Assembly: GCA_023396915.1 (NCBI GenBank)
Contig: JAEWUV010000007.1
Location: 146,077 to 210,076, forward strand
Length of the DNA: 64,000 bases
Direction: 5' to 3'
Origin: Candidatus Parcubacteria bacterium
GTDB taxonomy: Bacteria > Patescibacteriota > Microgenomatia > UBA12405
This document shows positions 27,790-37,892 of the stretch, in pieces (positions within the stretch are counted from its first letter, which is position 1; every line of letters starts with the position of its first letter). The notes beneath the pieces were generated by a model, which saw only the letters and a program-made list of their open reading frames with translations, made no database searches and was not told the DNA's origin. The position numbers and the translations under genes were made by a program.

Positions 27790-28138
27790 TCTCCTTTTCA
27801 ACGATAAGTTACAAAAACTTTCAGTGCGTCTTCTGAATAGATTCCAAAGAGACAAGAGATAACCACCTTTACCCAGACCCAAAAATCAATTTTTTTCATG
27901 CTAATTCTCCTTTATTTTGGTTAGTTACATAGCAACGATATATTCAAGCTTCAAAAAAGTTTAAGAAGCATTAATTTTCTGCGGATTTTAAAAGAGCGAA
28001 TAAAACATACATTTCGGACGCCTTGTCCAAAAGAATTTTATTCACAAAAACAATGATATTCTATTGAATATCGACGGTAATTTTACCAAAACCAAACTTA
28101 GAAGTCAAAAATTATAGGATATACTTTGTCTTGTAATT

Positions 28139-29458
28139 TTAATCAATCTGACGTCTTCCCACCGGAATATATCTAAAACCTAACCTCTTCATATCCTTAA
28201 GTTTAAATACATTTCGGCCATCAACCACACAAGGACAATTCATAACCTTTTTAATTTTCTCCAAATCCACCTCTTTAAACTCTTTCCATTCGGTAGTAAT
28301 TACCAAACAATCCGATTTTTCCACCGATTTTAATAAATCAGTTTCATAAACTACGCTATCACCCAACACCCCTTCGACACCTTTCTGAGCTATTGGATCA
28401 AAGACTCTTACCTTTACCCCTCTGTCTAATAATTGATGGATTACCACCAATGCCGGTGCTTCACGTATATCATCAGTTCCTGGTTTAAAAGCCAAACCCC
28501 AAACAGTTATTGTCTTGCCGGCCAAATCGTCTCCTAATATCTTTTGAATCTTAGCCAACAAAGATTTTTTCTGTGCTTCATTGGTATTTTCCACTTCTTC
28601 CAATATTCCAAAACGAATTCCGTTTTCCTGGGCCATTTGAATCAAACCTTTGACATCTTTTGGAAAACAACTACCTCCATATCCCACTCCAGCTTTCAAA
28701 AAAGCCTTAGTTCCAATCCTTTTATCCAACATCATTCCTTTAGAGACTTTTTCTACGTCGGCTCCCAGTTTTTCACACAAATTAGCAATTGAATTTATAA
28801 AAGAAATTTCCGTTGCCAAAAAAGCATTAGAAGCATATTTAATCATTTCTGCCGTTTTTATATCAGTAAAAATTAAATTTTCCGTTTTAAAACCTCCATA
28901 AAGTTCTTTTAAAATCTCTTTGGCTTTTTCCGAGGCAGCCCCAACAACAATTCTATCCGGATTCATAAAATCAGACACCGCCATTCCTTCCCTCAAAAAT
29001 TCTGGATTCGAAACCACATCAAACTCCCCTTTATAATTTTCACAAATAATTTTTGTTACCAAATCACCAGTCCCGATTGGTACAGTTGATTTGTTAATAA
29101 TTACTTTATATCCATTCATATTTTTTGCCACCGTCTCGGCCGCTGATCTAACATAATCCAAGTTGACGTTTCCATTAGGCATCGGCGGAGTTCCCACCGC
29201 AATAAAAACTATTTCTGAATTTTTTATCGCCCTCCCAGCATCAACAGTAAAACTTATCCTTTTTTCATCAATGTTTTTTTTAACTAATTCTTCCAAACCT
29301 TCCTCATAAATTGGGATAATTCCTTTATTTAAATCATTTATTCTCTTCTCATTAATATCCACCCCGATCACCTCATTACCCAATTCTGCCAAACAAGCCC
29401 CGGTCACTAAACCAACATACCCTACACCGATAACTGCAATTCTTTTCATATAAACCAA
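28139..29458 (-). CDS. ugd: UDP-glucose 6-dehydrogenase (nucleotide-sugar dehydrogenase family)
   Basis: MKRIAVIGVGYVGLVTGACLAELGNEV, GGSCFPKD (catalytic Cys motif). Likely start at M4 (29449). Confidence 0.85.
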   Translation of the reverse strand: MVYMKRIAVIGVGYVGLVTGACLAELGNEVIGVDINEKRINDLNKGIIPIYEEGLEELVKKNIDEKRISFTVDAGRAIKNSEIVFIAVGTPPMPNGNVNLDYVRSAAETVAKNMNGYKVIINKSTVPIGTGDLVTKIICENYKGEFDVVSNPEFLREGMAVSDFMNPDRIVVGAASEKAKEILKELYGGFKTENLIFTDIKTAEMIKYASNAFLATEISFINSIANLCEKLGADVEKVSKGMMLDKRIGTKAFLKAGVGYGGSCFPKDVKGLIQMAQENGIRFGILEEVENTNEAQKKSLLAKIQKILGDDLAGKTITVWGLAFKPGTDDIREAPALVVIHQLLDRGVKVRVFDPIAQKGVEGVLGDSVVYETDLLKSVEKSDCLVITTEWKEFKEVDLEKIKKVMNCPCVVDGRNVFKLKDMKRLGFRYIPVGRRQID

Positions 29459-29470
29459 TTATAGATAAAT

Positions 29471-30859
29471 TTAGGCATTTAATAAAGTCAATAAACTAAA
29501 CCCAGCAAAAAACACCACTATTAATACCAAAATCAATTTTCGCCACCAAACAGGCCTTAACGCTTTATCTAAAGTTTTTTGATTTAACCACAACAAAGCT
29601 ACTGTATAAACCATCATCGCTACTGCGTTTAAAAAGGCACTAGTCCTAACTAGTTGCCAAGGTTGTTGAAAGCCTAAAAGCAAGATTGATATTCCCAAAA
29701 AGATTTGAGTCCACAAAAAAATAAAATAAAATTTAGGTAAATTTTTTGGCTTAAATTTTTCTTTGTTCAAAATCACTAAATTTTCCGACGTAATTCGACT
29801 GGTTGCGTCCATGACTGACAATTGAGTTGAAAATAAAGTTACTGATACTAAAATCAAAAACAAAGTACCTATAAACGGCAAAGTCTTTTGTCCAATAACC
29901 CCCGCCTCCATAAACAAAAAGTTAATCCCTTCCACACCACCAGATTGACGATATACCGTCGCAAAAGCCAACAAACTTAACATCAGTATTGTCAAAGCTC
30001 CAGTTGCCCAAAAAACCATTAAGTGTTCCGTATTAATTTTTTTCCACCAATCTTTAAATTTTATTAAATTTTGTTGATTAATCTCAAACGTTTTTCCCTC
30101 TAAAGGAAAATCATCCGTCTTCTTTCGCAATAAACTGGTAATTTTACCACCATATTTACCCATACCATACTCTTTTTCGCGAATATAAAAAGATTGGGCT
30201 AAGTTTAAATTTCCTCCAGCCCCACTATAAGCAAACGCTCCCAAAAAAGTAATTAAAGACAAACCTACTGGAAAGAACCAAAAATTATCTCCTTTACCAA
30301 ATAATCCGCTTGCCAAACCCTGCCAATCGCTACCTTTGGCAAAAAACAAAGCTAATAAGAATACAATTGGCACACTAATAAAAATTAAATATTTTTGGAA
30401 TACTTCCTGTGTTTTATAAACCACTCTACCTAAACTTAAAATTAAGCCTACCAAAACCAACATAACAATTGCTATCCAACTTGGTTGGCTAAAACCAAAA
30501 ACACTGGATAAAACTACCGCCGAAGACAAAATAATTCCCGGCCACATCCAGGGAATCACCGTTGACAAGATAAACCAAATAGGGGAGAGTCTTCCAAATT
30601 TTCTAGCCCAACCTACAAACACACTTTCCCCATTAATCAATGTGTACCTTTCAATTTCCATATTAATAAAAAATTGAAAAGTAATTCCAATTACTGCCGC
30701 CCAAATTATTCCTAATCCAAAGTTAGCCACTAAATAGGGCCACATAATTAACTCGCCACTTCCCAAACCCATTCCCAACAATACAAAACTCGGACCCACC
30801 ATCTTCCTTAGCTTAGGAGCTTTTACTAATTCCCCTCGACCAATTTTTTCTATTTTCAT
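29471..30859 (-). CDS. Nramp-like polytopic membrane transporter (tentative)
   Basis: 462 aa, ~11 TM. N-terminal VGPSFVLLGMGLGSGELIMWP resembles the Nramp first-helix region. Confidence 0.4.
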   Translation of the reverse strand: MKIEKIGRGELVKAPKLRKMVGPSFVLLGMGLGSGELIMWPYLVANFGLGIIWAAVIGITFQFFINMEIERYTLINGESVFVGWARKFGRLSPIWFILSTVIPWMWPGIILSSAVVLSSVFGFSQPSWIAIVMLVLVGLILSLGRVVYKTQEVFQKYLIFISVPIVFLLALFFAKGSDWQGLASGLFGKGDNFWFFPVGLSLITFLGAFAYSGAGGNLNLAQSFYIREKEYGMGKYGGKITSLLRKKTDDFPLEGKTFEINQQNLIKFKDWWKKINTEHLMVFWATGALTILMLSLLAFATVYRQSGGVEGINFLFMEAGVIGQKTLPFIGTLFLILVSVTLFSTQLSVMDATSRITSENLVILNKEKFKPKNLPKFYFIFLWTQIFLGISILLLGFQQPWQLVRTSAFLNAVAMMVYTVALLWLNQKTLDKALRPVWWRKLILVLIVVFFAGFSLLTLLNA

Positions 30860-30866
30860 TTGTTTT

Positions 30867-31856
30867 CTACTTGCTACCAGCTAATTTGCTATTAACTAAT
30901 TGATGCCATTTCCAAGCACTTTCAATAATTGTTTCTAAATCTGCATATTTCGGCTCCCAGCCCAAAACCTCTTTTGCTTTTTTAGAATCAGCCACTAGTA
31001 CTGGTGGATCACCTTCACGTCTGCCAGCTACAGTCACCTTAAAATCAACTCCCGTAATTTTCTTTGCTGCTTCTATAACTTCTTTTACCGAAAAACCCTT
31101 TCCATTACCCAAATTAAAAGCATCACTCACCCCACCATCTAATAATCTTTTTAACGCCAAAATATGAGCCTGAGCCAAATCAATTACATGAACATAATCC
31201 CGAACACAAGTTCCATCCGAAGTAGGATAATCATTTCCAAAAATTTTTATATCCTCTCTTTTTCCGGTTGCCGCATCCAAAACCAAAGGTATTAAATGTG
31301 ATTCCGGGTTATGATTCTCACCAATTTCACCGTCTAGATCAGCACCGCAAGCGTTAAAATATCTCAAGGCTATATATTTCATTCCATAAGCCACATCGTA
31401 ATCTTTTAAAACTTTTTCAACGACTAACTTAGCCTGACCATAAGGATTAATCGGATTCTGCGGATGTTTTTCATCTATCGGGGTATATTCTGGGTTACCA
31501 AAAGTCGCTGCCGTCGAAGAAAAAATTATTTTTTTAACATCATTTTCCAACATTACTTGAAATAAATTTAAAGTGTTAGTCACATTATTTCTATAATATT
31601 TCTGCGGATCTTTAACTGATTCACCAACTTCAATAAACGCCGCAAAATGTAACACCGCTTCAATTTGATATTTCTTAAAAACACCCCTAACATCGTCTAA
31701 GTTTTCCAAATCACCTTGATAAAATTCACCCCATTTTACCGCCTCTTTGTGACCCTTAACCAAGCTATCAAACACCACTGTTTTGTAACCCTGCTTAACC
31801 AATTCTTTATTTATATGAGAACCAATATAACCAGCTCCTCCGACAATTAAAATCAT
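30867..31856 (-). CDS. galE: UDP-glucose 4-epimerase
   Basis: MILIVGGAGYIGSHINKELVKQGY...RYFNACGA..., YGQAK (YxxxK). Confidence 0.8.
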   Translation of the reverse strand: MILIVGGAGYIGSHINKELVKQGYKTVVFDSLVKGHKEAVKWGEFYQGDLENLDDVRGVFKKYQIEAVLHFAAFIEVGESVKDPQKYYRNNVTNTLNLFQVMLENDVKKIIFSSTAATFGNPEYTPIDEKHPQNPINPYGQAKLVVEKVLKDYDVAYGMKYIALRYFNACGADLDGEIGENHNPESHLIPLVLDAATGKREDIKIFGNDYPTSDGTCVRDYVHVIDLAQAHILALKRLLDGGVSDAFNLGNGKGFSVKEVIEAAKKITGVDFKVTVAGRREGDPPVLVADSKKAKEVLGWEPKYADLETIIESAWKWHQLVNSKLAGSK

Positions 31857-31899
31857 AAATTAGTAATTAATAAATAAATTTTTACAAACAATTTTACCA

Positions 31900-33045
31900 T
31901 TAAAAACTAACGCCCTGCCCTGTCAAGGGAAGGGATGGGGAAGGGTTTGTCTTTTCCCAAGAAAACTCTTCTCGACCAAAATGACCATACTTGGCTGTTT
32001 GTTGATATATCGGCCTTTTTAAATCAAATTTTTCAATAATCCCTTTAACCGACAAATCCATTAAATTCCAAGCAAAATCCTCAATAATTTTGATATCTTT
32101 TTTAGCTGTTCTAAAAGTTTCGATTGATTTTACTATCGGTTCTCTTTGACCAATCACATAAGCTAGTTGTACTTCACATCTATCGGCCAAACCAGCCGCC
32201 ACCAAATTTTTAGCCAAAAATCTGGCCGCATAAGCTGCACTTCGATCTACTTTGCTCGGATCTTTTCCCGAAAAACAACCACCACCAATTCTACCCATTC
32301 CCCCGTAAGTATCTACTACAATTTTTCTACCAGTCACTCCGGTGTCACTTGCTGGCCCTCCGATTTCCCAAATTCCGGTTCCATTAAAAATTACCTTATC
32401 TTTAGGTATTTTAGTTAAATCATATTTTTCCAACACCGGCAAAACTGCCAAATTATATAAATCTTGCTTAACTTCTTCTGTTTTATTTTCTCTTCCAAAC
32501 GGTTTAGCTAAAACCACCGTATCAACCCCCATTACTTTTCCATTATCATAAATTACACTCACTTCTGCTTTACCATCAGGTCTTAGATAATTTAATTTTC
32601 CAAATTGCAGTTCATCCATTTTTCGGCATAACTCATGCGCCAAAACTATCGGCAACGGCATTAACTGAGGAGTCTCATTACAGGCATAACCAAACATCAT
32701 TCCTTGATCATCAGCTCCGTCATTATCCGCCCCAACAGCAATATCTTTTGACTGCTCGTGAACCAAAACTTCAATATCGGCATTTTCATCAAAATTAAAA
32801 ATTGAGCTTATAAAACCAATTTCTCTAATCTTTTTTTTGGCAATCTCTTTATAGTCCAAACTTTGTTTACAACTTACTTCACCCGCCATTACCACTTTAT
32901 TAACAGTCACCAAGGTTTCCAAGGCTACTCTTGATTCTTTGTCAACCATTAACGCTGCATCCAAAACAGCATCAGAGATTTGATCACAAATTTTATCCGG
33001 ATGACCACTACAAACCGACTCTGAAGTAAATAAAGAATAATTCAT
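31900..33045 (-). CDS. metK: S-adenosylmethionine synthetase, with C-terminal 12 aa (PSPSLPLTGQGVSF region) encoded by the 37-bp repeat
   Basis: SESVCSGHPDKICDQISDAVLDA, GGGCFSGKDPSKVDRSAAYAAR, AKYGHFGR..WEKT are canonical MetK motifs. Confidence 0.9.
   Translation of the reverse strand: MNYSLFTSESVCSGHPDKICDQISDAVLDAALMVDKESRVALETLVTVNKVVMAGEVSCKQSLDYKEIAKKKIREIGFISSIFNFDENADIEVLVHEQSKDIAVGADNDGADDQGMMFGYACNETPQLMPLPIVLAHELCRKMDELQFGKLNYLRPDGKAEVSVIYDNGKVMGVDTVVLAKPFGRENKTEEVKQDLYNLAVLPVLEKYDLTKIPKDKVIFNGTGIWEIGGPASDTGVTGRKIVVDTYGGMGRIGGGCFSGKDPSKVDRSAAYAARFLAKNLVAAGLADRCEVQLAYVIGQREPIVKSIETFRTAKKDIKIIEDFAWNLMDLSVKGIIEKFDLKRPIYQQTAKYGHFGREEFSWEKTNPSPSLPLTGQGVSF
31912..31948 (+). repeat. 37-bp GC-rich element copy 1 (GCCCTGCCCTGTCAAGGGAAGGGATGGGGAAGGGTTT), inside metK 3' end
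   Basis: Exact match to the consensus shared with copies at 34719, 35760 and 38560. Confidence 0.9.
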
Positions 33046-33998
33046 TATTTGTCTCCTAAACGACTTTTTCTAAAATCAGGAGTCAAAGAAAGCAAACCAC
33101 TAAGTAAAGCTACAATTATTCCCAATATTCCCGAAAAAGTTGAAGTTAATAACAGGCTCTCTGTTGAAGTCGCCAAACCGGTAAAAAATATTAAATATAA
33201 TTGCTCTCTAGCCCCAAATCCAGCAAAAGAAATTGGCAATGCCAAAATCATTGACATAATAGGTAAAAATATAAACACAGACCAAATTGACAAACCTGCC
33301 CCGAAGTACCAAGAAATAAACCAAATTTGTATAATCCAAAAAAATTCACTAACAAAACAAAGCAATAAAGATTTTAAAATTTGAATCTTGTTATCTTTAG
33401 AAACTAATTCAGCCACTGACTTTATTTTTTTTACCAACCTAAAATTCCATAGTTTTAAACTAGCTAATCTCCCTGAAAACAATAACAAGTAAAAAATCAA
33501 ACAAACCGTAAATAAGGCCAAAAAAGCCAATTTAATCCATAAAGGAATAAAACCTTTATCAACTCCTACTAAAAAAACCATTCCTGTTCCTACAAAAACA
33601 AACATTGACAATCCAATAAATCTATCTAAAAAAACAGAGGCTAAAATTTTTGACTTGGGTATATCTGGATATTTTTCATCAATAATCATCCATTTAAATA
33701 AATCCCCGGCGACTGAAGTATTAAAAAACAAACCATAAAAACCAGATACCAAGCTCGACTTAGTAAAAATTATAATATCCTTTAATTTTGGTTTTTTAGT
33801 CAATAACAAAGACCATCTAAAAGAAACCAAGGTAGTTGCTAATAATGACAAAAGAATATTAACCAAAATAAACCATAGTTTTATTTGCTGGAGTTGTTGC
33901 CACAAAGACCGAAGATCTACTTTTTTAAAAGCAAAATATATCAATACTAAAGACACCAATATTCTAAAAATTCGCGAAGTAAAAATTTTCTTTACCAT
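33045..33998 (-). CDS. UPF0104/YbhN-like (lysylphosphatidylglycerol-synthase TM-region-like) membrane protein
   Basis: 317 aa, 8 TM, N-terminal LVLIYFAFKKVDL...W pattern typical of this family. Confidence 0.45.
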   Translation of the reverse strand: MVKKIFTSRIFRILVSLVLIYFAFKKVDLRSLWQQLQQIKLWFILVNILLSLLATTLVSFRWSLLLTKKPKLKDIIIFTKSSLVSGFYGLFFNTSVAGDLFKWMIIDEKYPDIPKSKILASVFLDRFIGLSMFVFVGTGMVFLVGVDKGFIPLWIKLAFLALFTVCLIFYLLLFSGRLASLKLWNFRLVKKIKSVAELVSKDNKIQILKSLLLCFVSEFFWIIQIWFISWYFGAGLSIWSVFIFLPIMSMILALPISFAGFGAREQLYLIFFTGLATSTESLLLTSTFSGILGIIVALLSGLLSLTPDFRKSRLGDK

Positions 33999-34041
33999 AG
34001 ACTATTATTTAGCATAACACGTATAATTTCACCAGCACTAT

Positions 34042-35295
34042 ATGTCAAAAATTCTTTGTCTTAGTCATATTTTCCCCCCGGCAATAGATGGGGGATCTCG
34101 GGTCGTCTACAAACTCGGCCAATATTTTCAAAACCAAGGTAATCAAGTTTTATTTCTTTCTTCTGACTGTTCTTCCACCGACGATTTCACCAAAAAAGTT
34201 TCCCTTTTTAAGGGAAAAACCGGTTTATCCGGAAAGGGTTTCATCAAAATTCCTGTCTATCATCATCTCCGCCGCTTTTTAAAATTTATTAATCTTTTTA
34301 TTCCTCCAAAAACCTATCTCCATCAGCTACTCAAAGTTTTTCAAAAAGGACCTATTTTTAAATTTATACCTTTTATAAAAACCACTTTCAAAATTATAAA
34401 ATTTAAACCTGACTTAATTATCGCCGGACCACTCCCCACCACCATTATTCTCTACGCCAATTTTCTCAAAAAAATATCTACGATCTACAATCTACGACCT
34501 AAAATCTTACTTAATGCTTCTTTTCACCCCACCGACCACGACTTTCACTGTCTTCCTTTAATTAAAACCTTACAAAAAGCCGACTACCTTTGGACCCTGA
34601 CCCAATTCGAAACTAACTATTTTATAAAAAATTTTAATATTAATCCAAAAAAAATAATTCTTGCCGGCAACGGCATCGACCAATCATTTTTAAAAACTAA
34701 TAAACAAAAAAAAGTAGTGCCCTGCCCTGTCAAGGGAAGGGGTAGGGAAGGGTTTCGTCTTTTATTTATCGGCTCACTTTCCGCCCATAAAGGCCTTGAT
34801 ACCCTTATCACTTCTTTCTCTAACATCTATCGTCCAAAATCTAATATCTCGTTAACCATTGCCGGTCAAAAAACTCTCTACTACCCCCAAATCAAAAAAC
34901 AAATCCAAACACTTCCTCAAAATATTAAATCCAAAATAAAATTTATTTTTAATTTCTCCCAGAACAAATTAAGCCAAATTATCGACAACTGTGATATTTT
35001 AATTTTACCCTCAAAACAGGAAAGTTTTGGCTTAGTTATTATTGAGGCTTGGGCCAGACAAAAACCGGTTATTGTTAGCGATATTCCTTCACTTTCTGAA
35101 ATAACCCAAAAAGCCAATGGGGGTCTAACCTTCAAACTCAACAATTTTTCCAATCTAAATCAAAAAATATCAAAATTATTAAAGAACTCCAAACTTGCCA
35201 ATCAACTTGGCAAAAATGGTTTTAATTATGTTAAAAATAATTACACATGGAACATAGTCGGAAGAAAAATAAAAGAAGAAATCTCATTATATTAG
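34042..35295 (+). CDS. GT4 glycosyltransferase (carries repeat copy 2 at its inter-domain linker)
   Basis: MSKILCLSHIFPPAIDGGSRVV...; C-domain start LLFIGSLSAHKG; ...LPSKQESFGLVIIEAWA. Confidence 0.8.
   Translation: MSKILCLSHIFPPAIDGGSRVVYKLGQYFQNQGNQVLFLSSDCSSTDDFTKKVSLFKGKTGLSGKGFIKIPVYHHLRRFLKFINLFIPPKTYLHQLLKVFQKGPIFKFIPFIKTTFKIIKFKPDLIIAGPLPTTIILYANFLKKISTIYNLRPKILLNASFHPTDHDFHCLPLIKTLQKADYLWTLTQFETNYFIKNFNINPKKIILAGNGIDQSFLKTNKQKKVVPCPVKGRGREGFRLLFIGSLSAHKGLDTLITSFSNIYRPKSNISLTIAGQKTLYYPQIKKQIQTLPQNIKSKIKFIFNFSQNKLSQIIDNCDILILPSKQESFGLVIIEAWARQKPVIVSDIPSLSEITQKANGGLTFKLNNFSNLNQKISKLLKNSKLANQLGKNGFNYVKNNYTWNIVGRKIKEEISLY
34719..34755 (+). repeat. 37-bp GC-rich element copy 2 (translated VPCPVKGRGREGF)
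   Basis: GCCCTGCCCTGTCAAGGGAAGGGGTAGGGAAGGGTTT. Confidence 0.9.
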
Positions 35296-35723
35296 CTTTT
35301 ATTGGTTTGCTGATTATCATTGGTATAATTTCACTTTTGCTTAAAAAGCAAAATACCTTTCCAAAAAGTTTAGGCGTAGTCATCAAAAACAACGGCTACT
35401 ATCTAGAAGTGGCTCAAAGTAACCAAGAAACAAAAAAAGGGTTATCCAACAGAGACCAGCTTTGCCCTAATTGCGGTATGCTTTTTGTTTTTAACAAGGA
35501 AGATCAACATGATTTTTGGATGAAGGATACCCATATTCCGCTAGACATTATTTGGATTAATTCAAAAAAAGAAATTGTCAAAATTATTGTCTCCGCCAAA
35601 ACTGACTCTGAAACCATCTATAGCAACAAAGCTCCCGCTCAATACGTTATTGAACTGCCAGCTAACGAAAGTCTAAAACTCAACCTGCAAGTAGGGGACA
35701 CCATTCCTATCTTTGACCAGTGA
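35247..35723 (+). CDS. DUF192-domain protein
   Basis: LCPNCGMLFVF...DFWMKDTHIPLDIIWIN...YVIELPAN matches the DUF192 pattern. The listed start overlaps the upstream GT by 48 nt, so the true start may be downstream. Confidence 0.6.
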   Translation: MEHSRKKNKRRNLIILAFIGLLIIIGIISLLLKKQNTFPKSLGVVIKNNGYYLEVAQSNQETKKGLSNRDQLCPNCGMLFVFNKEDQHDFWMKDTHIPLDIIWINSKKEIVKIIVSAKTDSETIYSNKAPAQYVIELPANESLKLNLQVGDTIPIFDQ

Positions 35724-36775
35724 AAGTTAAACAAAAGTTTACTAACAAAAAGAAGAAGTGCCCTGCCCTGTCAAGGGAAGGGATAGGGAAGGGTTTATCT
35801 TTTTCTATAGTCATTCCCAATTACAACGGAAAAAATTTTTTACCGAATTGTCTTCAATCCCTACTTCAATCAATCAAAAATTGTCCTAAGTCAAATTTTG
35901 AAATTATCATTGTCGACAATGGTTCCACCGACAACAGCATTCAATTAGTCAAAGATTTTTTTACCAAACATAAACTCCAAAATCTAGAATCTAAAATCTT
36001 ACATTTAGAATCTAACACCGGTTTCGCTTTTGCCGTTAATCAGGGTATTAAAATTGCCAAATATCCATATGTTTGTGTTTGTAACAATGATTTAAAATTA
36101 AAAAACGATTGGTTTAAAATTATTAGCCAAGAAATCAAAAACAACCAAAAAAATCATAAAATTACTACTTTTTTTAGTACTGTTCTCAACTATAATGGCA
36201 CTAAATTTGAATCCCAAGGTTTTGAATTTAATTACTCCGGCAAATGCACCAACATCAGCAACGATAAAATATTTTTAGCATCTAGCATCTTGCATCTTAA
36301 ATCTAATTTAGTATGGGGTGCTCCTGCTGCCCTTATAGTTTATAAAAAGGAAATTATCCAAAAAATAGGCGCCTTTGATTCTGACTTTTTTGCCTACGAA
36401 GAAGATGTCGATTTAAACCTCAGACTTAAAAATTTCGGTTATCAAACCCTATATATTCCCCAAGCTATTTGTTACCATCTTGGCGGCGCCACCAGTAATA
36501 GAATGGGGAATTTTAGAAACAGAATGGATGCCAAAAATTGGATTTATATTATCATCAAAAACTACCCCGCTAAATTTATTTTTAAATATTTCTTTCCTAT
36601 CATAGAACAAAGGCTCAGAAATTTATCATCTTTAATCAAAAATACGTCAATTAAAAAACTTCCAAAAGACATTATCGCTACCTATGGCGAAGTCTTATTC
36701 AACCTACCCAAAATGTTCCAAAAACGCCGCTATACCCAAAAAATGTTAAAATCAAACCATGATTATTGGACTTGA
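35720..36775 (+). CDS. family 2 glycosyltransferase (GTG start; repeat copy 3 encoded in N-terminal extension)
   Basis: SFSIVIPNYNGKNFLPNCLQSL...IIVDNGSTDNS. Confidence 0.75.
   Translation: MKVKQKFTNKKKKCPALSREGIGKGLSFSIVIPNYNGKNFLPNCLQSLLQSIKNCPKSNFEIIIVDNGSTDNSIQLVKDFFTKHKLQNLESKILHLESNTGFAFAVNQGIKIAKYPYVCVCNNDLKLKNDWFKIISQEIKNNQKNHKITTFFSTVLNYNGTKFESQGFEFNYSGKCTNISNDKIFLASSILHLKSNLVWGAPAALIVYKKEIIQKIGAFDSDFFAYEEDVDLNLRLKNFGYQTLYIPQAICYHLGGATSNRMGNFRNRMDAKNWIYIIIKNYPAKFIFKYFFPIIEQRLRNLSSLIKNTSIKKLPKDIIATYGEVLFNLPKMFQKRRYTQKMLKSNHDYWT
35760..35796 (+). repeat. 37-bp GC-rich element copy 3 (translated CPALSREGIGKGL, a different frame)
   Basis: GCCCTGCCCTGTCAAGGGAAGGGATAGGGAAGGGTTT. Confidence 0.9.
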
Positions 36776-37892
36776 TATTTCCTCTGTTGCTTATCAGACA
36801 GGAGTAAGCAATTATACCCTTAACTTAGTCAAAAACTTAATATCTATTGATAAAACCAACCACTACAAACTTTTCTTTTCCTCTCTCAGGCTACCTCTTC
36901 CCTCAGAAATTATTAAACTTAAAAACAATCGTAACGTTACCATATACCATTTTCGACTTCCTCCAACTCTTTTACAAATTCTTTGGAATCAGCTGCGACT
37001 GTTTCCCGTCGAAATGTTTATCGGTAAATGTGATATTTTTCACACCTCAGACTGGACCCAGCCGCCAACATTAAAAGCCAAAACTATTACCACAATTCAC
37101 GATTTAACTCCGTTTCTTTTCCCTCAATGGCACCACCCCAAAGTCATCAACGCCCATCATAATAAAATGTATTGGGCTGCCAAAAAATGTACCAAGTTTA
37201 TTTGTGTATCGAAAAATACTAAAAATGATTTAATCAAACTTTTCCCAAAAATTGACGAATCTAAAACAGAAGTTATTTATGAAGCCGCCGAAAATAAATA
37301 TACCTTGTTTCATAAACTTCCATTAAAAACTCAACAACAAAAAATCTCCTTGATAAAAAAACAATATAACTTAAACGAGTTTATTCTGGCTCAAGGCACC
37401 AGAGAACCTCGTAAAAATCTAGACAGACTAGTCAAAGCTTTCCTTAAATTCAAACAGGAAAATCCAAAAAACAAAATTCAACTGGCCATTACCGGCAAAT
37501 ACGGTTGGGGAAAAGATATTTCTACCTCTGACTCCGATGTAAAAATTCTTGGATTTATCCCAGAAATTAACATGGTTGCTCTACATGCCGCCGCCACTTG
37601 TCTTGTTTATCCTTCCCTTTACGAAGGCTTTGGATTACCTATTATTAAATCCTTTACCGTCGGCGTTCCAGTTGTTACCAGCAACAACTCGTCTTTGGCA
37701 GAAATTTCTCAAGATTCCGCTATTTTAGTTAATCCAAATTCAATTAATAATATTCAAAATGCCATAAAAAAAATAATTTCTTCCCCAAAACTCAGAGACG
37801 AATTATCCCAAAAAGGACTTAAGGTGGCCAATAAATTCAGCTGGGAAAAAACCGCCCAACAAACTTTACAAGTTTACAATTCATTATGTTAA
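36759..37892 (+). CDS. GT4 glycosyltransferase
   Basis: MIIGLDISSVAYQTGVSNYTLNL...; C-terminal LYEGFGLPIIKSFTVGVPVVTSNNSSLAEI. Confidence 0.8.
   Translation: MIIGLDISSVAYQTGVSNYTLNLVKNLISIDKTNHYKLFFSSLRLPLPSEIIKLKNNRNVTIYHFRLPPTLLQILWNQLRLFPVEMFIGKCDIFHTSDWTQPPTLKAKTITTIHDLTPFLFPQWHHPKVINAHHNKMYWAAKKCTKFICVSKNTKNDLIKLFPKIDESKTEVIYEAAENKYTLFHKLPLKTQQQKISLIKKQYNLNEFILAQGTREPRKNLDRLVKAFLKFKQENPKNKIQLAITGKYGWGKDISTSDSDVKILGFIPEINMVALHAAATCLVYPSLYEGFGLPIIKSFTVGVPVVTSNNSSLAEISQDSAILVNPNSINNIQNAIKKIISSPKLRDELSQKGLKVANKFSWEKTAQQTLQVYNSLC

Noticed and set aside
24243-28090. 9-nt direct repeat AATTTTACC near both island borders as att sites
   Set aside because: A 9-mer of this composition is expected by chance several times in AT-rich DNA. 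There is no integrase and no longer flanking identity.
34617-34826. Minus-strand ORFs 34617-34826 and 38467-38694 (and the ...SLPLTGQG... peptide) as real genes or a conserved peptide motif
   Set aside because: They are antisense to well-supported GT4 genes. They exist only because the GC-rich repeat lacks stop codons. The SLPLTGQG string arises from the repeat read in reverse. The same DNA is read in other frames elsewhere, so it is not a protein-level motif.
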